Shown here: positions 1 to 11,915 of the stretch, piece by piece | Layout of the letters: every line of letters starts with the position of its first letter | How positions within the stretch are numbered: the stretch's first letter is position 1 | Assembly (NCBI GenBank): GCA_048128005.1 | Contig: JBEUKZ010000081.1 | Coordinates: 62,001-126,000 of the forward strand | DNA length: 64,000 nucleotides | Direction: 5' to 3' | DNA from: Veleropilina oligotropha | Taxonomy: Eukaryota | Translations under genes and position numbers: made by a program | The notes under the pieces: generated by a model | What the model saw: the letters and a program-made list of their open reading frames with translations, nothing else | Told to the model about the DNA's origin: nothing | Database searches by the model: none

Positions 1-169
1 GTTCTTGTGACTATCCTTCGTGCGTTGCTTTGTTTAGATTGGAGTATAGTGGTGTCATTATTTGAGATACCAGATAGTAGAGAACTACAATCGTCCAGTC
101 ATAATATAATGCGTATACAAATAGTATACATTCATGCTCATAATTTGCAATTACACTTTACATTTGCAG

Positions 170-1810
170 ATGTCGAATTCTTCTTATCGGTGTAATCCAC
201 GGTCGATACCGTATATTTATGACACTTTTCCAGCGTTAATGGCAAAGTGGGCTAAAAATCAGGGAGAAAAGGAGGCCGTTGTTATATATTATCCAGATAA
301 CAGTAGACACCGTATTACTTTTAATGAAATTTATGAAAAGGCTGGGAAAGTGGCCGCGTATTTAATACACCACGGAATAAAAGAGAATGACGTCGTAACT
401 ATTGCGATCCCCAATCGAATATCTTGGATTGTGTGCGCGCTTGGAACTTTGATGGCGAGAGCTGTTGTCGTATCAACAGACATGGCGGATCTTGTTCACT
501 GTGCTAACGAAACCAAATCCAGAATTATCTTTATGTATGCGGGAAGTGAGGAAACCGAAATGGCAAATGTCGACGATGTCATAAACCATTCACTAAATGA
601 AATGCCTTCGGTTGAGTTAGTGGTCCTGACTGAATCTATACAACCTGGTATAATGGAAAGCCATCCTATGCTGGAATTGTTAGAAACAGTAACCGATAGC
701 GATCATATGCACGTTCCACTGCCGACGACGGATCCTGATGATATAGCTTTCCTTTTTCGCACAAGTGGTAGCTCCGGCTCACCAAAACTTATTGCTTGTA
801 GCTACTTTCATTGTATGAATCTGTTAGGAAATGGATCTTGGGAAGGTGCGGTATATTTCAACGACAGACCATTCGCCTGGGTGGCTGGAGTGCCGTTTGC
901 AACTTTTATATATGGAGCCACAGCAGTTTCCATGGATACGAAAGATACAATATCTAATAAGGATATTACAAATTTGTGCGAAATAATAAGCAAGGAAGAA
1001 TGTACTGGAGCACTTTTAATGAGTTACATTCTACGCGATTTGAATGATGCTCCCGACGACATTATTTGCAAAATGAAGTTGAAAACGGTTCTACTAATTG
1101 GTCAACGCATAACTACTAAGGATATTCAGGTCATTGAAAGACTGAATTGCCAAGCACTCATCCTTTATGGATCAACGGAAATAGGCGTGACGACTGGTAT
1201 GATACTACCAACGCCTGATGGTAAATACAAATATACAGATGGACTATGTGGCGATACTCTACCCGGAGTTGAGTCGAAGATTGCATCCGATGGCTGTGTG
1301 TTGCCAGACGGTGTCATTGGCGATGTCTTTCAACGGCGAAGCATGATAAACAAACGTCATTTCGTAAATGGAAAATATATAGATTTTCCTTTGGATAAAG
1401 GCTGGATGAAAACTGGAGACTTAGGATATATGTCAGAAGACGGATTGGTAATCGTAGGACGATCAATGGAGGCAATAAAGCGTGGAGCAAGGCTGATATA
1501 TCCCCTCGAGGTTGAAAAGGAAATTCTACGTTGCCCGGATGTCGCAAAGGTAGCGGCAATTGATGTACCAGATGATCGGCTATATAACGAAATATGTGCT
1601 TGCGTCGTGCTCCAAGAACATGTCGAACTTACCCACCAGCAATTGAAAGACAAACTAGGTGCATTGTTTAGTAATGCAGCCTTCGATGGCATTGGTATAA
1701 AACCGAAGTATTACTTTGCGTTTGATGATCTGCCTGTGAATACAAATGGTAAACTAGACCGAAAAAGGCTGCGATCATTGGCTTGCTCCATGATTGAAAA
1801 GAGTTTATAA
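170..1810 (+). CDS. Acyl-CoA synthetase / AMP-binding (ANL adenylate-forming) enzyme, single coding exon
   Basis: Intact ORF with adenylation motifs FRTSGSSGSPK (A3/P-loop), YGSTE (A5), GWMKTGDLG (A7), GR...IKRG (A8) and PVNTNGKLDRK (A10). ATG at 170 directly follows a TTTGCAG acceptor, so the ORF-track start at 134 is probably intronic. AATAAA follows the stop. Confidence 0.9.
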   Translation: MSNSSYRCNPRSIPYIYDTFPALMAKWAKNQGEKEAVVIYYPDNSRHRITFNEIYEKAGKVAAYLIHHGIKENDVVTIAIPNRISWIVCALGTLMARAVVVSTDMADLVHCANETKSRIIFMYAGSEETEMANVDDVINHSLNEMPSVELVVLTESIQPGIMESHPMLELLETVTDSDHMHVPLPTTDPDDIAFLFRTSGSSGSPKLIACSYFHCMNLLGNGSWEGAVYFNDRPFAWVAGVPFATFIYGATAVSMDTKDTISNKDITNLCEIISKEECTGALLMSYILRDLNDAPDDIICKMKLKTVLLIGQRITTKDIQVIERLNCQALILYGSTEIGVTTGMILPTPDGKYKYTDGLCGDTLPGVESKIASDGCVLPDGVIGDVFQRRSMINKRHFVNGKYIDFPLDKGWMKTGDLGYMSEDGLVIVGRSMEAIKRGARLIYPLEVEKEILRCPDVAKVAAIDVPDDRLYNEICACVVLQEHVELTHQQLKDKLGALFSNAAFDGIGIKPKYYFAFDDLPVNTNGKLDRKRLRSLACSMIEKSL

Positions 1811-2389
1811 ATAATTAATAGACATTAATTAATAAATTATATTTGGATCGGAGTTTCTATAGTAATCGGAGGACGAATAATTAAACATTTATCCTGGATG
1901 TTAATTTAGTAATAAGCGAATAAACGCATATGTAAATCACTATTACCTCTTCGTGGTAGAAATCGTCACCACAATGGCGGCATGGCGATGAATGACATTG
2001 TTTTAGTCTCAAAATCACTTTAAGTGGTTTCGCGGCATTTAAAAATTATTTCAATAGAAATATATATGTATATATAAATGTATAATTATGATTTTTGTTT
2101 TGAAGACCGTGTGACCATTTCTGATCAATCGTAGTAATTAACAAGACCGATGCGCTCGAAATATGTCTCTATATATATTTACCGATCGATATCTCCACAC
2201 TCTCTAACTCGCTAAAAAATACTTAAAATAATTTTGCATTCAAAATGTAAATATCATGAATTTAAGCATGCGCAGTATCCGCAGGCCACACGAGCCGTAT
2301 TCAGCTATGATTACAGGATGCTTAATCCAATAGAATTACTTCGAATATTGAACAGTCATGAATATGACAGTGGAACTCTTTTGGTGATG

Positions 2390-2640
2390 CCAGGCTGCTC
2401 GTCTGGTGCAGGTCGACCAGGGGCGGGCCAAAGTGCTCTGTCCATCGTCTTAATTGATCATGCACAAAGGTAAGGGTGTTGCCTAACGTATTATTGATTG
2501 ATTTGTCGGTTTGCTGATATTTCTCAGCCAACTTCTATGTAGCTCAACCAGTATATTTGCTTAACTTCCCGGAGCATTATTGATTATGTGACATTTACCT
2601 TTCCTTCGACCTGCTTAGTCAGTGAAGAAGCTGTTCTTTA
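2390..2640 (-). mobile_element. Short degenerate RTE-clade LINE fragment
   Basis: Minus-strand translation DQLRRWTEHF resembles the RTE ORF2 'RW.EHF' linker motif. Confidence 0.5.
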
Positions 2641-3164
2641 ACCGATCTGCCATCTAACATTTTCATTCAGGGCTATTAGGTGAGTGCTATCTGAACTATT
2701 TCGCAACTGAAGCCCTCCACGACCTTGATATCCGTCTCCCCACAACATGGCGGCTAAACTTCTAAATGGCGTCTTCATCACATTTGATTTTTGTGTGTTC
2801 GATCTTTCCGATATATTCTGTTCAGTTTTCAAAGAATACATGCTTGAAACATTTTGACAACAAGATATACCTTACTTTTGTCCAAATTAATTATTGTAAA
2901 ATTGTAAAAATGGCGGTTAAAATTAAAAATGCGGTTTCACACTATAGTAATTGGGCTTCAATTAGTAAAAAAAATAGTTCACTTTTTTGCAATTTTTTGA
3001 GATTATGATTATGGCCTGATAGATCTAGATGTTTTATAATCTGCCGGCAGACAACCTCAACTGTCCCTCTGGCGGCCATATTGGAAAAAAATCCAATAGA
3101 TAGATAGATAGATAGATGTTTATTTTCCTTTTTACATGATATATATATATACATATCAGGCTAT

Positions 3165-3850
3165 GGAAAAATACCATTTAGGATCTGTATGTCTAAACCT
3201 CATAGATTAATAAATAATACCTCCATTTTGGGGCTTACAAGCATGAAGAAGTCGATTATGACATTATTTATTCGACAACGTCAAATCCCCATTTCAAGGT
3301 CAAACATAAATTAATAAATAATATCTCAATTTTGGGGTTTTCACGTATGTGGAAATCGATAATGACATTAATATCGCTTTTCCAGGTTAAGGTCAAATCC
3401 AAATCACCATAATGGCATTTCAAGGTCGAAAATTGCATATAAACGCGCAATATGTCCGCAACCGGAAACACCGAACACTATAACTTTTAGCCTAAATATC
3501 ATAGATTAATAAATAATACATCTATTTAAGGGTTTTCAAGGATGAGGAAGACGATTACGACATTATTTTCTCGATTCCTGGTTCAAGTCAAGGTCAAATC
3601 ACCATTTCAATGTCAAAAAATGTTTTATAATCTCGCAATATGGCTTCCACCCGAAAGACGAAACAACATATAGCTTTAATCTAAACAACATAGATTAATA
3701 AATAATACCTTCATAATGGTGCTTTTATTGATGACGACGTCGATCATGGTATATTACTTACGTGATTACAGGTTAAGCTCAAGGTTAAATCACCATTTCA
3801 AGGTAAAAATGGTATAAAACGCAAAATATGGTTGTCACCCGAAAGACGGA
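3165..3850. repeat. Degenerate tandem ~190-300 bp units inside a dispersed repeat
   Basis: CATAGATTAATAAATAATAC recurs at ~3200, ~3500 and ~3690 with recurrent GGTCAAATC/CCATTTCAAGGT motifs. Confidence 0.55.
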
Positions 3851-4084
3851 TTATTTTAGCGACGAGATTGTCATATTATCATTTCATATTTAACAAGAAC
3901 GACGCGTTCGGAATATGTCTTGACCGTTTCATTATTGTAGTTATTTCCAGAACAATAAGAATGTGCTAATTGTGATCGAAATTTTAAAGATTAATTTTCG
4001 GAAAATATTTAAGCCTATAATATAAGCCTATAACTCTGATTGCTTCTGGAACAAAACAGTTTCAGATTTAGTTGTCAGAAGTTG

Positions 4085-4967
4085 CCATCCAGTGTGATAT
4101 GTCCCACACAGTGTCGTTACGATCAACATATGGAGTCAGCTGGCTGTTCAGGAAAACGAACGTCGCTACATCAGGTTGGTGCACCATTTGAATCACAGCC
4201 GGCATGTCTATGACCATCACTGTTATATCACACGATCAACAACATATGCTCTTGTTGAGGCGCCTTGACACTTCTGAGCCCGTGATCTCAGCGTCTCACG
4301 GTAAAGAAGAGAGGATCGCGCACGCTGATTCTCAAATCTGAGTTCATGATCAGTTTTCATAAATGTGTTGCCACTCTCTCTAAGCACATCCACGAATGTC
4401 ATAGCGTCAGCGATGAATCATGTTTGGAGACCGGGCGAATCCGCGTGATGAGCGACGGATGAGTCGCACATGTTCAGTATACTCTAAAGCTGACCAATAA
4501 GGCCCACAAAATAAGGCCCATACATGTCTTACAAGCCACCACCACCTGCATATAGCATTTTATTGCTTTGTTCGTAGGACTGGTTTTGACAATTAGCGAG
4601 AACTTGTGCCATGATCGTTGGTAGATGAAATTTCCTTCTTAAACTCCTTGTACACACTAGGGTGTTTGTCAGGCAGTTCGGCCAAATCATTTACGGGGAT
4701 TGGCATCCACCCTGCATAAATGGTATGATTAACTGCAAAGAACCTGGGACGGAGTTTATCAAGAACTTGAACATCGAACTCTCCTTTCCACAAGGAGTGC
4801 ACAAAGCGGCACATCATGAGCTCCAATTCGATGATCCGAGACCAGTACTTGAAAATATGTGTATCCTCATCACGCTTCACAGTAGAATCACATACATGTG
4901 TGCCTCTTGCTTGAGACATGGTGAGCATAACGTATGCGTTTAATGTGATGGTCATCACCCACTTCAT
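4085..4967 (-). pseudogene. Decayed copy of a widespread, poorly characterised invertebrate transposon-associated protein
   Basis: Fragments FKYWSRIIELELMMCRFVHSL, FFAVNHTIYAGWMP and LPDKHPSVYKEF, and further down VIDMPAVIQMV and DTVWDI, recall a multi-copy family with motifs DHTNYARWLPVH and RVDIVWD. Heavily deleted and frameshifted. Family assignment is from memory. Confidence 0.5.
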
Positions 4968-5109
4968 ACCCTGATCCGTGGATGAACTTTCAAAAAAAGT
5001 TAAGTCGATGTGCTCTCATCATTAAGACATACACGTCATGTCGGATATCTATAGGGGGCACGATGACATCAGTAGGATATGGCCTACTACATATTTCTGT
5101 GGGTTGTTC

Positions 5110-5330
5110 ACACGACTCTGGTCACAGAGTCCCGGGTTCGCCCCCAAAGCTCGGTGATTTCACTTGGTCAAGGAAATAAGCATATATTTGCCTCGGTCCA
5201 GCCGATCTGAATGGGTACCTGGTTGGCAGTTATGTAAGTCACGGCGCTACTCGCGTGTAAATGACTGCAATGCTCCCAGGGGGAGTTGAGATTGCATATC
5301 TTTTTAGCAGCATTCAGGTTCATACCACGC
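5110..5330 (+). mobile_element. tRNA-derived SINE with conserved central (Nin/Deu-like) domain
   Basis: B-box-like CCGGGTTCGCCCCC, then TGAATGGGTACCTGG and TGCTCCCAGGGGGAGTTGAGA motifs typical of invertebrate core-domain SINEs. Confidence 0.5.
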
Positions 5331-5368
5331 TATGTCCATATCATCGCGTGAGAAACGGCTGGTGGTCC

Positions 5369-6488
5369 GGGAAACCTGCCATCACGGGCCATCTGTGGAT
5401 GGGAAACCTACCATCACGGGCCATCTGTGGACGGGAAACCTACCATCACGGGCCATCTGTGGACGGGAAACCTACCATCACGGGCCATCTGTGGACGGGA
5501 AACCTACCATCACGGGCCATCTGTGGATGGGAAACCTGCCATCACGGACCATCTGTGGACGGGAAACGTGCCATCACGGACCATCTGTGGACGGGACACC
5601 TGCCATCACGGACCATCTGTGGACGGGAAACCTGCCATCACGGACCAGCTGTGGACGGGAAACCTACCATCACGGACCATCTGTGGACGGGAAACCCACC
5701 ATCACGGACCACCTGTGGACGGGAAACCTACCATCACGGACCATCTGTGGATGGGAAACCTACCATCACGGACCACCTGTGGACGGGAAACCTACCATCA
5801 CGGACCAGCTGTGGACGGGAAACCTACCACCACGGACCATCTGTGGACGGGAAACCTACCATCGCGGACCATCTGTGGATGGGAAACCTACCATCGCGGA
5901 CCAGCTGTGGACGGGAAACCTACCATCGCGGACCATCTGTGGACAGGAAACCCACCATCGCGGACCATCTGTGGACGGGAAACCTGCCATCACGGACCAT
6001 CTGTGGACGGGAAACCTGCCATCACGGACCATCTGTGGACGGGAAACCTGCCATCACGGACCATCTGTGGACGGGAAACCTGCCATCACGGACCAGCTGT
6101 GTACGGGAAACCTACCATCACGGACCATCTGTGGACGGGAAACCTACCATCACGGACCAGCTGTGGACGGGAAACCTACCACCACGGACCATCTGTGGAT
6201 GGGAAACCCACCATCGCGGACCATCTGTGGACGGGAAACCCACCATCGTGGACCAGCTGTGGACGGGAAACCCACCATCACGGACCATCTGTGGACGGGA
6301 AACCCACCACCACGGACCATCAGTGGACGGGAAACCCACCATCGCGGACCATCTGTGGACGGGAAACCCACCATCGCGGACCAGCTGTGGATGGGAAACC
6401 CACCATCACGGACCATCTGTGGACGGGAAACCCACCACCACGGACCATCTGTGGACGGGAAACCCACCACCACGGACCATCTGTGGAT
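5369..6488. repeat. 32-bp minisatellite, ~35 copies
   Basis: Unit GGGAAACCTACCATCACGGACCATCTGTGGAC with few variant positions. It explains the three overlapping repetitive ORFs (32-aa period = 3 units). Confidence 0.95.
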
Positions 6489-6779
6489 CACTTTGATTAA
6501 TGACTGAACAAAGAATGCCCCGCCAGAGATTCGAAATCACTCTTAATATATACCGTGTGACAATAAAGGAAGGGGCGACATTAAACTTCAATACTTTATC
6601 TACAAAACCCTTTATTTCGGGGCCGCTTCGACAGTACAGTGGTATTGGTTGTGGGATGGAGTACAGTATATGAAAGCCCTTGATGTCTTATTAATCTGCA
6701 TGATTTAGATATTGTTTGTATTCATGTCATCGGTACCATCACCGCAAATGTTTTAAACATGGGATAAAGATGGAATAAC

Positions 6780-6930
6780 TGGTTGGTTGGCAACTTTGTT
6801 ATACGACCACTTTTGGCAATTTTTCAGCCTAAAGGCAGTCGGTACACCCGGTTTGATGTATCACTCCGATCTGTCCGACATACGTTAGGCATATGCCATC
6901 TATTATTTTAAGCGGTAGAATAAGCCGGTT
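6780..6930 (-). repeat. Dispersed repeat (SINE-tail-like), second copy at ~28405-28545
   Basis: GGTTGGTTGG...TTTTTCAGCC...GCAGTCGG...TCTATTATTTTAAG.GGTAGAATAAGCCG is shared with 28405-28545; the minus strand ends in a (CCAA)n-like tail. Confidence 0.55.
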
Positions 6931-7221
6931 GACATCGAATTCGGATCCACTTTGCCCACTTCATAGAACATAGGTGGCGCTAAAGAAATATTTTTGATTG
7001 TTTAATACTTGAATATGTCATTCTTTACCGTTTAATTGTTGTGTTGATTTACATTGCCCAAGAGAACTTTCACAAGCTGCCCAAAACAAAGGACGACGTC
7101 ACTGATTCTGAAGTGTTTTAATAATTTTAAATTAAATGTAACATCTAAAATAATAGCATTATATGCAGTCTAACGGTAGGTAGTAAAATAACATATGATT
7201 TAGTTATGTTGAATGTACATG

Positions 7222-7487
7222 GAGGAGGAGGAGGAATGATGCTTAATGTCCTGTATATTTACAACATCGAGGTTCAAGGCAGGACATGTCCGTGTTCTCG
7301 CGGGAGGAAACTCCGGTCGCCCGGATAAACCCACCATCTTCGGCCAGTCGCGGACAACTGTGATTCATAACTTGAACAAATGTCAATGCCTCAGCGAGGT
7401 ATTGAACCCACCACTGTTCGCATTAGTGGAATCAAGCCAGTGAATTTAGAGTGGACACTCTTATCCACTGCGCTGCCGAAGCGGCTC
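7222..7487 (-). mobile_element. tRNA-derived SINE (V-domain-like), copy 1
   Basis: A/B-box-like head, GGTTT...GTTTCCTCCC core and (CCT)n tail, flanked by 12-bp TSD TGAATGTACATG. Confidence 0.85.
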
Positions 7488-8362
7488 TGAATGTACATGC
7501 AGAGAAACAATGAAATTTTTTTTTTTTTACGATAGCAGCCATATTAAATGTAACAATTTTATAAATAATTTGTAGGTTGGACACATATTGGTGTCATCAT
7601 TATTGAGCAACATCATTTGATTAATATTTTGCAAACGGGCTGTATAATTTAATTCATTAAAATATACGTTTGTGTTAATAGTTCATTATGTAGCATTTTC
7701 CATAAATATGGCGGCCATCTTGGAGATTGTTACGTTTATAATTGTCCGATAAAACACCTTTAAATAGAAATAGATGAGTTATGACGCAATTATGCAACTG
7801 CATTGCCATAATGACAAATATTCTATCGATCGTTAATCAAAAAAATTTGTAAACACAATGAGCCTGGTGCAATTAAAAGTGTAAGAAATACATTTCAAAA
7901 AGTAGTATTTAATGGCCATATATTCATGTGTAACAAAAAAACAAAAACATGGCGGCAGGTTAGAGAAGTGGTGTTGGAGAGCTCATTGCAAATTTGGATA
8001 AAACTCAATGTACAAGAACGATCAACTGATTAATGAAACATGGAATACGTATAAGGGAGAATGGAATGCGATATATAAAAAAGTGAGTTTATTTTATGAG
8101 AGAATCATACTAAAACATGCTATGTTGATTTGACGCTCGAACGATAAAAATTATATCCAAAGTAAGCGTGTATCTGAAGATTGGATTATTGGCCTATCCT
8201 GTAATTTCCAGCATTGGTGTTCTTTTGAGGAATTTGTATATGGAACACTATAATCATAAAAAAGATTAAAACATTTTAAGACTATAATCATATTCATATT
8301 ATGTGCCAACTACATGGACTCGATAAATAGTTATTCAAGTGTGACTGTGTACTTGATGCACA

Positions 8363-9253
8363 ATGAGCAACTCACAAAAATCTAGCGAATGTGCAAGCAG
8401 TGTGACGAAAAAAGGTAAAGACAAAGAGGTAACAACTAAACCTGTTGCAGCATCAAGAGACAAACAAGACGGGACATCGCCAGGCCAAACGTCCGCTGCA
8501 AAGCAATCGAAGCCAACCATATGCAAGACATTTGGGAAGAAGATACCACAACTGCAGATCAGATGAAAATCACCCCTGGATTAATGCAACGGATTAACAC
8601 AATTGTAGAGAAAGCAACAAAACCACTAATGGAGATGTTCAACGCCCAAAAAAGTACGATCGGGTCATTAACCAACACCATTGAACAGTACGTGACAACG
8701 TCTACTGGGGAAAATGAAAAAGTGACATTATTGTCTTCTGAAATGCAGGTGCTGAAAGAAAAAGTGAACGAACAGCAAAACGAGTTATGCGTGCAGGCCA
8801 GTCGTCTAAACTATGCAAAAATGTATTTAGATGAACTTGAACAATATATCAGGAGAGGCTCCATCCGAATAAAGAATGTTCCAATCGCGAACATACCAAA
8901 ACGACAACTTCGAGGAGACAGGCCGATTTTGGACACCGATGCATAATAATTATGTGCTGAACCTGTGCACAAACGTCCTAAAAGTTCCTCTCACATGTGG
9001 ATATATTGATCGGTCCCACCTGACTGGAAAACCCGATGCCAAAGGGAGAGTAGCGATAATATGTAAATTTTCAAATTACACGGCGAAACGCAATGTGTTC
9101 CGAGCGAAGAAATCCCTGAAACACTGTCTCGATAGATTATTTATTGTCGAAGACCTGACAAAATATCGAGTCCGAATGGTATCAAAGCTAAATGAATTGC
9201 ATAGATATAAACAATTAAACAGTTTCTGGACATGGGATGGGAAAATTTGGTAA
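8363..9253 (+). mobile_element. LINE ORF1 relic (coiled-coil + RRM-type, L2/CR1 group), frameshifted
   Basis: LDELEQYIRRGSIRIKNVP, IDRSH, IICKF, FIVEDLT and WTWDGKI motifs across two to three frames. Confidence 0.75.
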
Positions 9254-9254
9254 A

Positions 9255-11100
9255 AAGCACCAAAAATATAAAGAATGTGAGAAATAAAGTAAAAAATAAA
9301 TTCGAGCAGCCAAAAAAGCTTTTGAAGAAAAGCTAGCAGAAAACATCAAGGAAAACCCCAGATCTTTTTATGCTTATATTAGGTCAAAACAAAAAACAAA
9401 AGATGTCGTAGGTCCCCTGAACGATGAACATGTAAACGTTATATCCGATGATGCACAAATTTCAGAATCCCTAAACAAATTAAAATATTTTGCATCTGTT
9501 TATTCGCTTGAGGACACGGTAAACATTCCACCGGTAAAACATATTTATGAAGATCATGAAAATTTTTGTGAAAGTATTGAAATTACTACGGAAATGGTTG
9601 AAAAAAAGATAAGCTTACTAAATGTCAGTAAAGCTCCAGGTCCTGACAACATATATTCCAAATTGCTAAAATACGGTAAGGTTGAATTAGCAAAGCCATT
9701 AGCCCTGATATTCAATAAAACTCTACAAGAAGACAGCTTGCCTGATGACTGGAAAACTGGAAATATTACCCCAATCTTTAAAAATGGTAGTCGATCAAAT
9801 ACCCAAAATTACCGACCTATTAGTCTGACATCAATAGTAGGCAAAATAATGGAATCTATCTTAAAGGATGCTATTTTAACACACATAAATAAATTTGGCC
9901 TTCTGAACCTTACTCAGCATGGGTTTATAGAGAAAAGATCTTAATTAACAAACTTACTGGAATTTTTTAAGATGTAACAAGTGCAATTGACACGGGAAAA
10001 CCAGTTGATATTATATATCTTGATTTTCAGAATGCATTCGATAAAGTACCACATAGACGACTATTACAAAAATTAAGTAACCATGGCATTAAAGGCCCAA
10101 TACTAAATTGGATATGTAAGTGGCTAGAAAATAGAAAACAGAGGGTTGTAATAAATGGGATAAAGTCAAAGTGGGAACCGGTACTAAGTGGAGTCCCACA
10201 AGGTTCTGTTTTGGGACCATTGTTGTTTCTCATATATTTAAATGATATTGATGACGTCATTACATCGCGAGTAAAATCGTTTGCAGATGATACCAAATTG
10301 TACAGAATTATCGAAACTGAAGAAGATGCAAAGAAACTTCAAAGGGACTTAAATAATGTGGTAAAATGGTCTGAGGATTGGCAAATGCTTTTCAACACCA
10401 GTAAATGTAAAGTAATCCATGTGGGTTATAACAACAATACCTATAATTATGAAATGGGTTCAGAAACTTTACAAGAAGTGGCCAAAGAAAAAGATTTGGG
10501 TGTATGGGTAGGCAAGACATTAAAACCATCAAATCAATGTGCAGAGTCAGCCAAAAAGGGAAATCAAATACTGGGAATGATAAAGAAAAACTTTAATTTT
10601 AAATCTAAAGCCATCATAACTCGCCTATACAAGCAAATGGTTAGACTGCATTTAGAATATGCAGTGCAAGCATGGTGTCCATATCTTGCAAAGGATATCA
10701 ATATTCTAGAACAAGTTCAAAGAAGAGCCACAAAATTGATAGAATTAAGGGAATTGCCATATGGGGACAGACAAAGAGCACTGAACCTCACAACATTATC
10801 TTTGAGAAGGATAAGAGATGAAATGATTCAGGTGTTCAAAATGTTTACAGGAAAAGACAACGTTGACAATAGTTTCTTTTTCCAGATGAACCAAAGACAT
10901 ACCAGGGGCATCAATACAAGATTTACAAAAAGTGATTCAGACTTGATGTTAGAAAACACTTTTTCTCAAATCGGGTTGTCGATGAATGGAATGCGCTTCC
11001 TAATAATGTAGTGGAATCAACATATGTAAACCAATGTAAAAATCGCCTAGATGAACATTTTAAGAAGCAGGGCAAGTTATAGAGGACAAGACAACTTCAA
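9255..11100 (+). mobile_element. 5'-truncated CR1-clade LINE (RT), nested in the L2-like element
   Basis: KAPGPDNI, NYRPISLTS, GVPQGSVLGPLLF, FADDTK, EKDLGV and LEQVQRRATK motifs with stops and frameshifts. It begins right where the upstream ORF1 breaks off. Confidence 0.85.
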
Positions 11101-11915
11101 TGGGTTTTTATATGAGTTACAGTAAAGTGCTTTCTAAACCCAAACAAATTATATTTAATCTATTTAATGAAACAGTGACCTAATTTTAGTGAAATCTCTG
11201 TCAGATATCGTATATTCTATCCCAGTTGACTATTAATAATTCACGCTTACGGATAAATCTGTACTTGATAATTACTCAGCATTTTCTTCAAACCCATTTC
11301 AACAACATCAAAATTATTCACTTTTACTCAACAATGCAATAATTTTGCACACCATACTCTTATGTAATTGTGTGTACAACTGTAAACACGAAACATCCAA
11401 CTACATTATTTTTAAACAATACAACAACTTTCCATTCCATTCCTTTTTATAAATATATATGATTTAGTTGCTACTCAATTGCGTAGTAAGGTGATTGTTT
11501 GTTATTCTATCGAAATTGGATTATAATAATTATTTTGTATATAATTATTATGTCATTGTACAGTACGCATACTTCTTCAAATGATGTAACATTGCATGTG
11601 CACCATATATAATTTATTTACCAGATTAATACATGTATTTACAATATATAGTAAAATAATACCTATATTTCGCGTACACACGGACGATAATTCATATAAT
11701 TGCTTGATATACAAATAGATGTATTACCATTCTCTTCAATTGTATAAAATGACTTTATATGTATATATATCTTATATCCAAAGGCCGGTATATATGACCA
11801 CACCCACACTTTGTACGTTTTGTTTTTCATACATTTATGTATTTGCGCAGTTGTGCTGTTGTATATTTATTATAGAAACATTTTTTATATTTATTATATT
11901 ATAAATCAACTAGTC

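Noticed and set aside
134..169. ORF-track start of the acyl-CoA synthetase at 134
   Set aside because: The segment looks like an intron 3' end (pyrimidine-rich, ending TTTGCAG) just before the ATG at 170.
1796..1810. Luciferase or peroxisomal PTS1 call for the AMP-binding enzyme
   Set aside because: The C-terminus is KSL, not SKL-like, and fold membership alone does not imply luciferase activity.
5369..6488. CRISPR-like array (also considered for 27021-27311 and 54612-54906)
   Set aside because: Units are contiguous with no unique spacers, there are no cas genes, and the context is eukaryotic.
5261..6507. Three long overlapping ORFs (357-411 aa)
   Set aside because: Artefact of a stop-free 32-bp tandem repeat.
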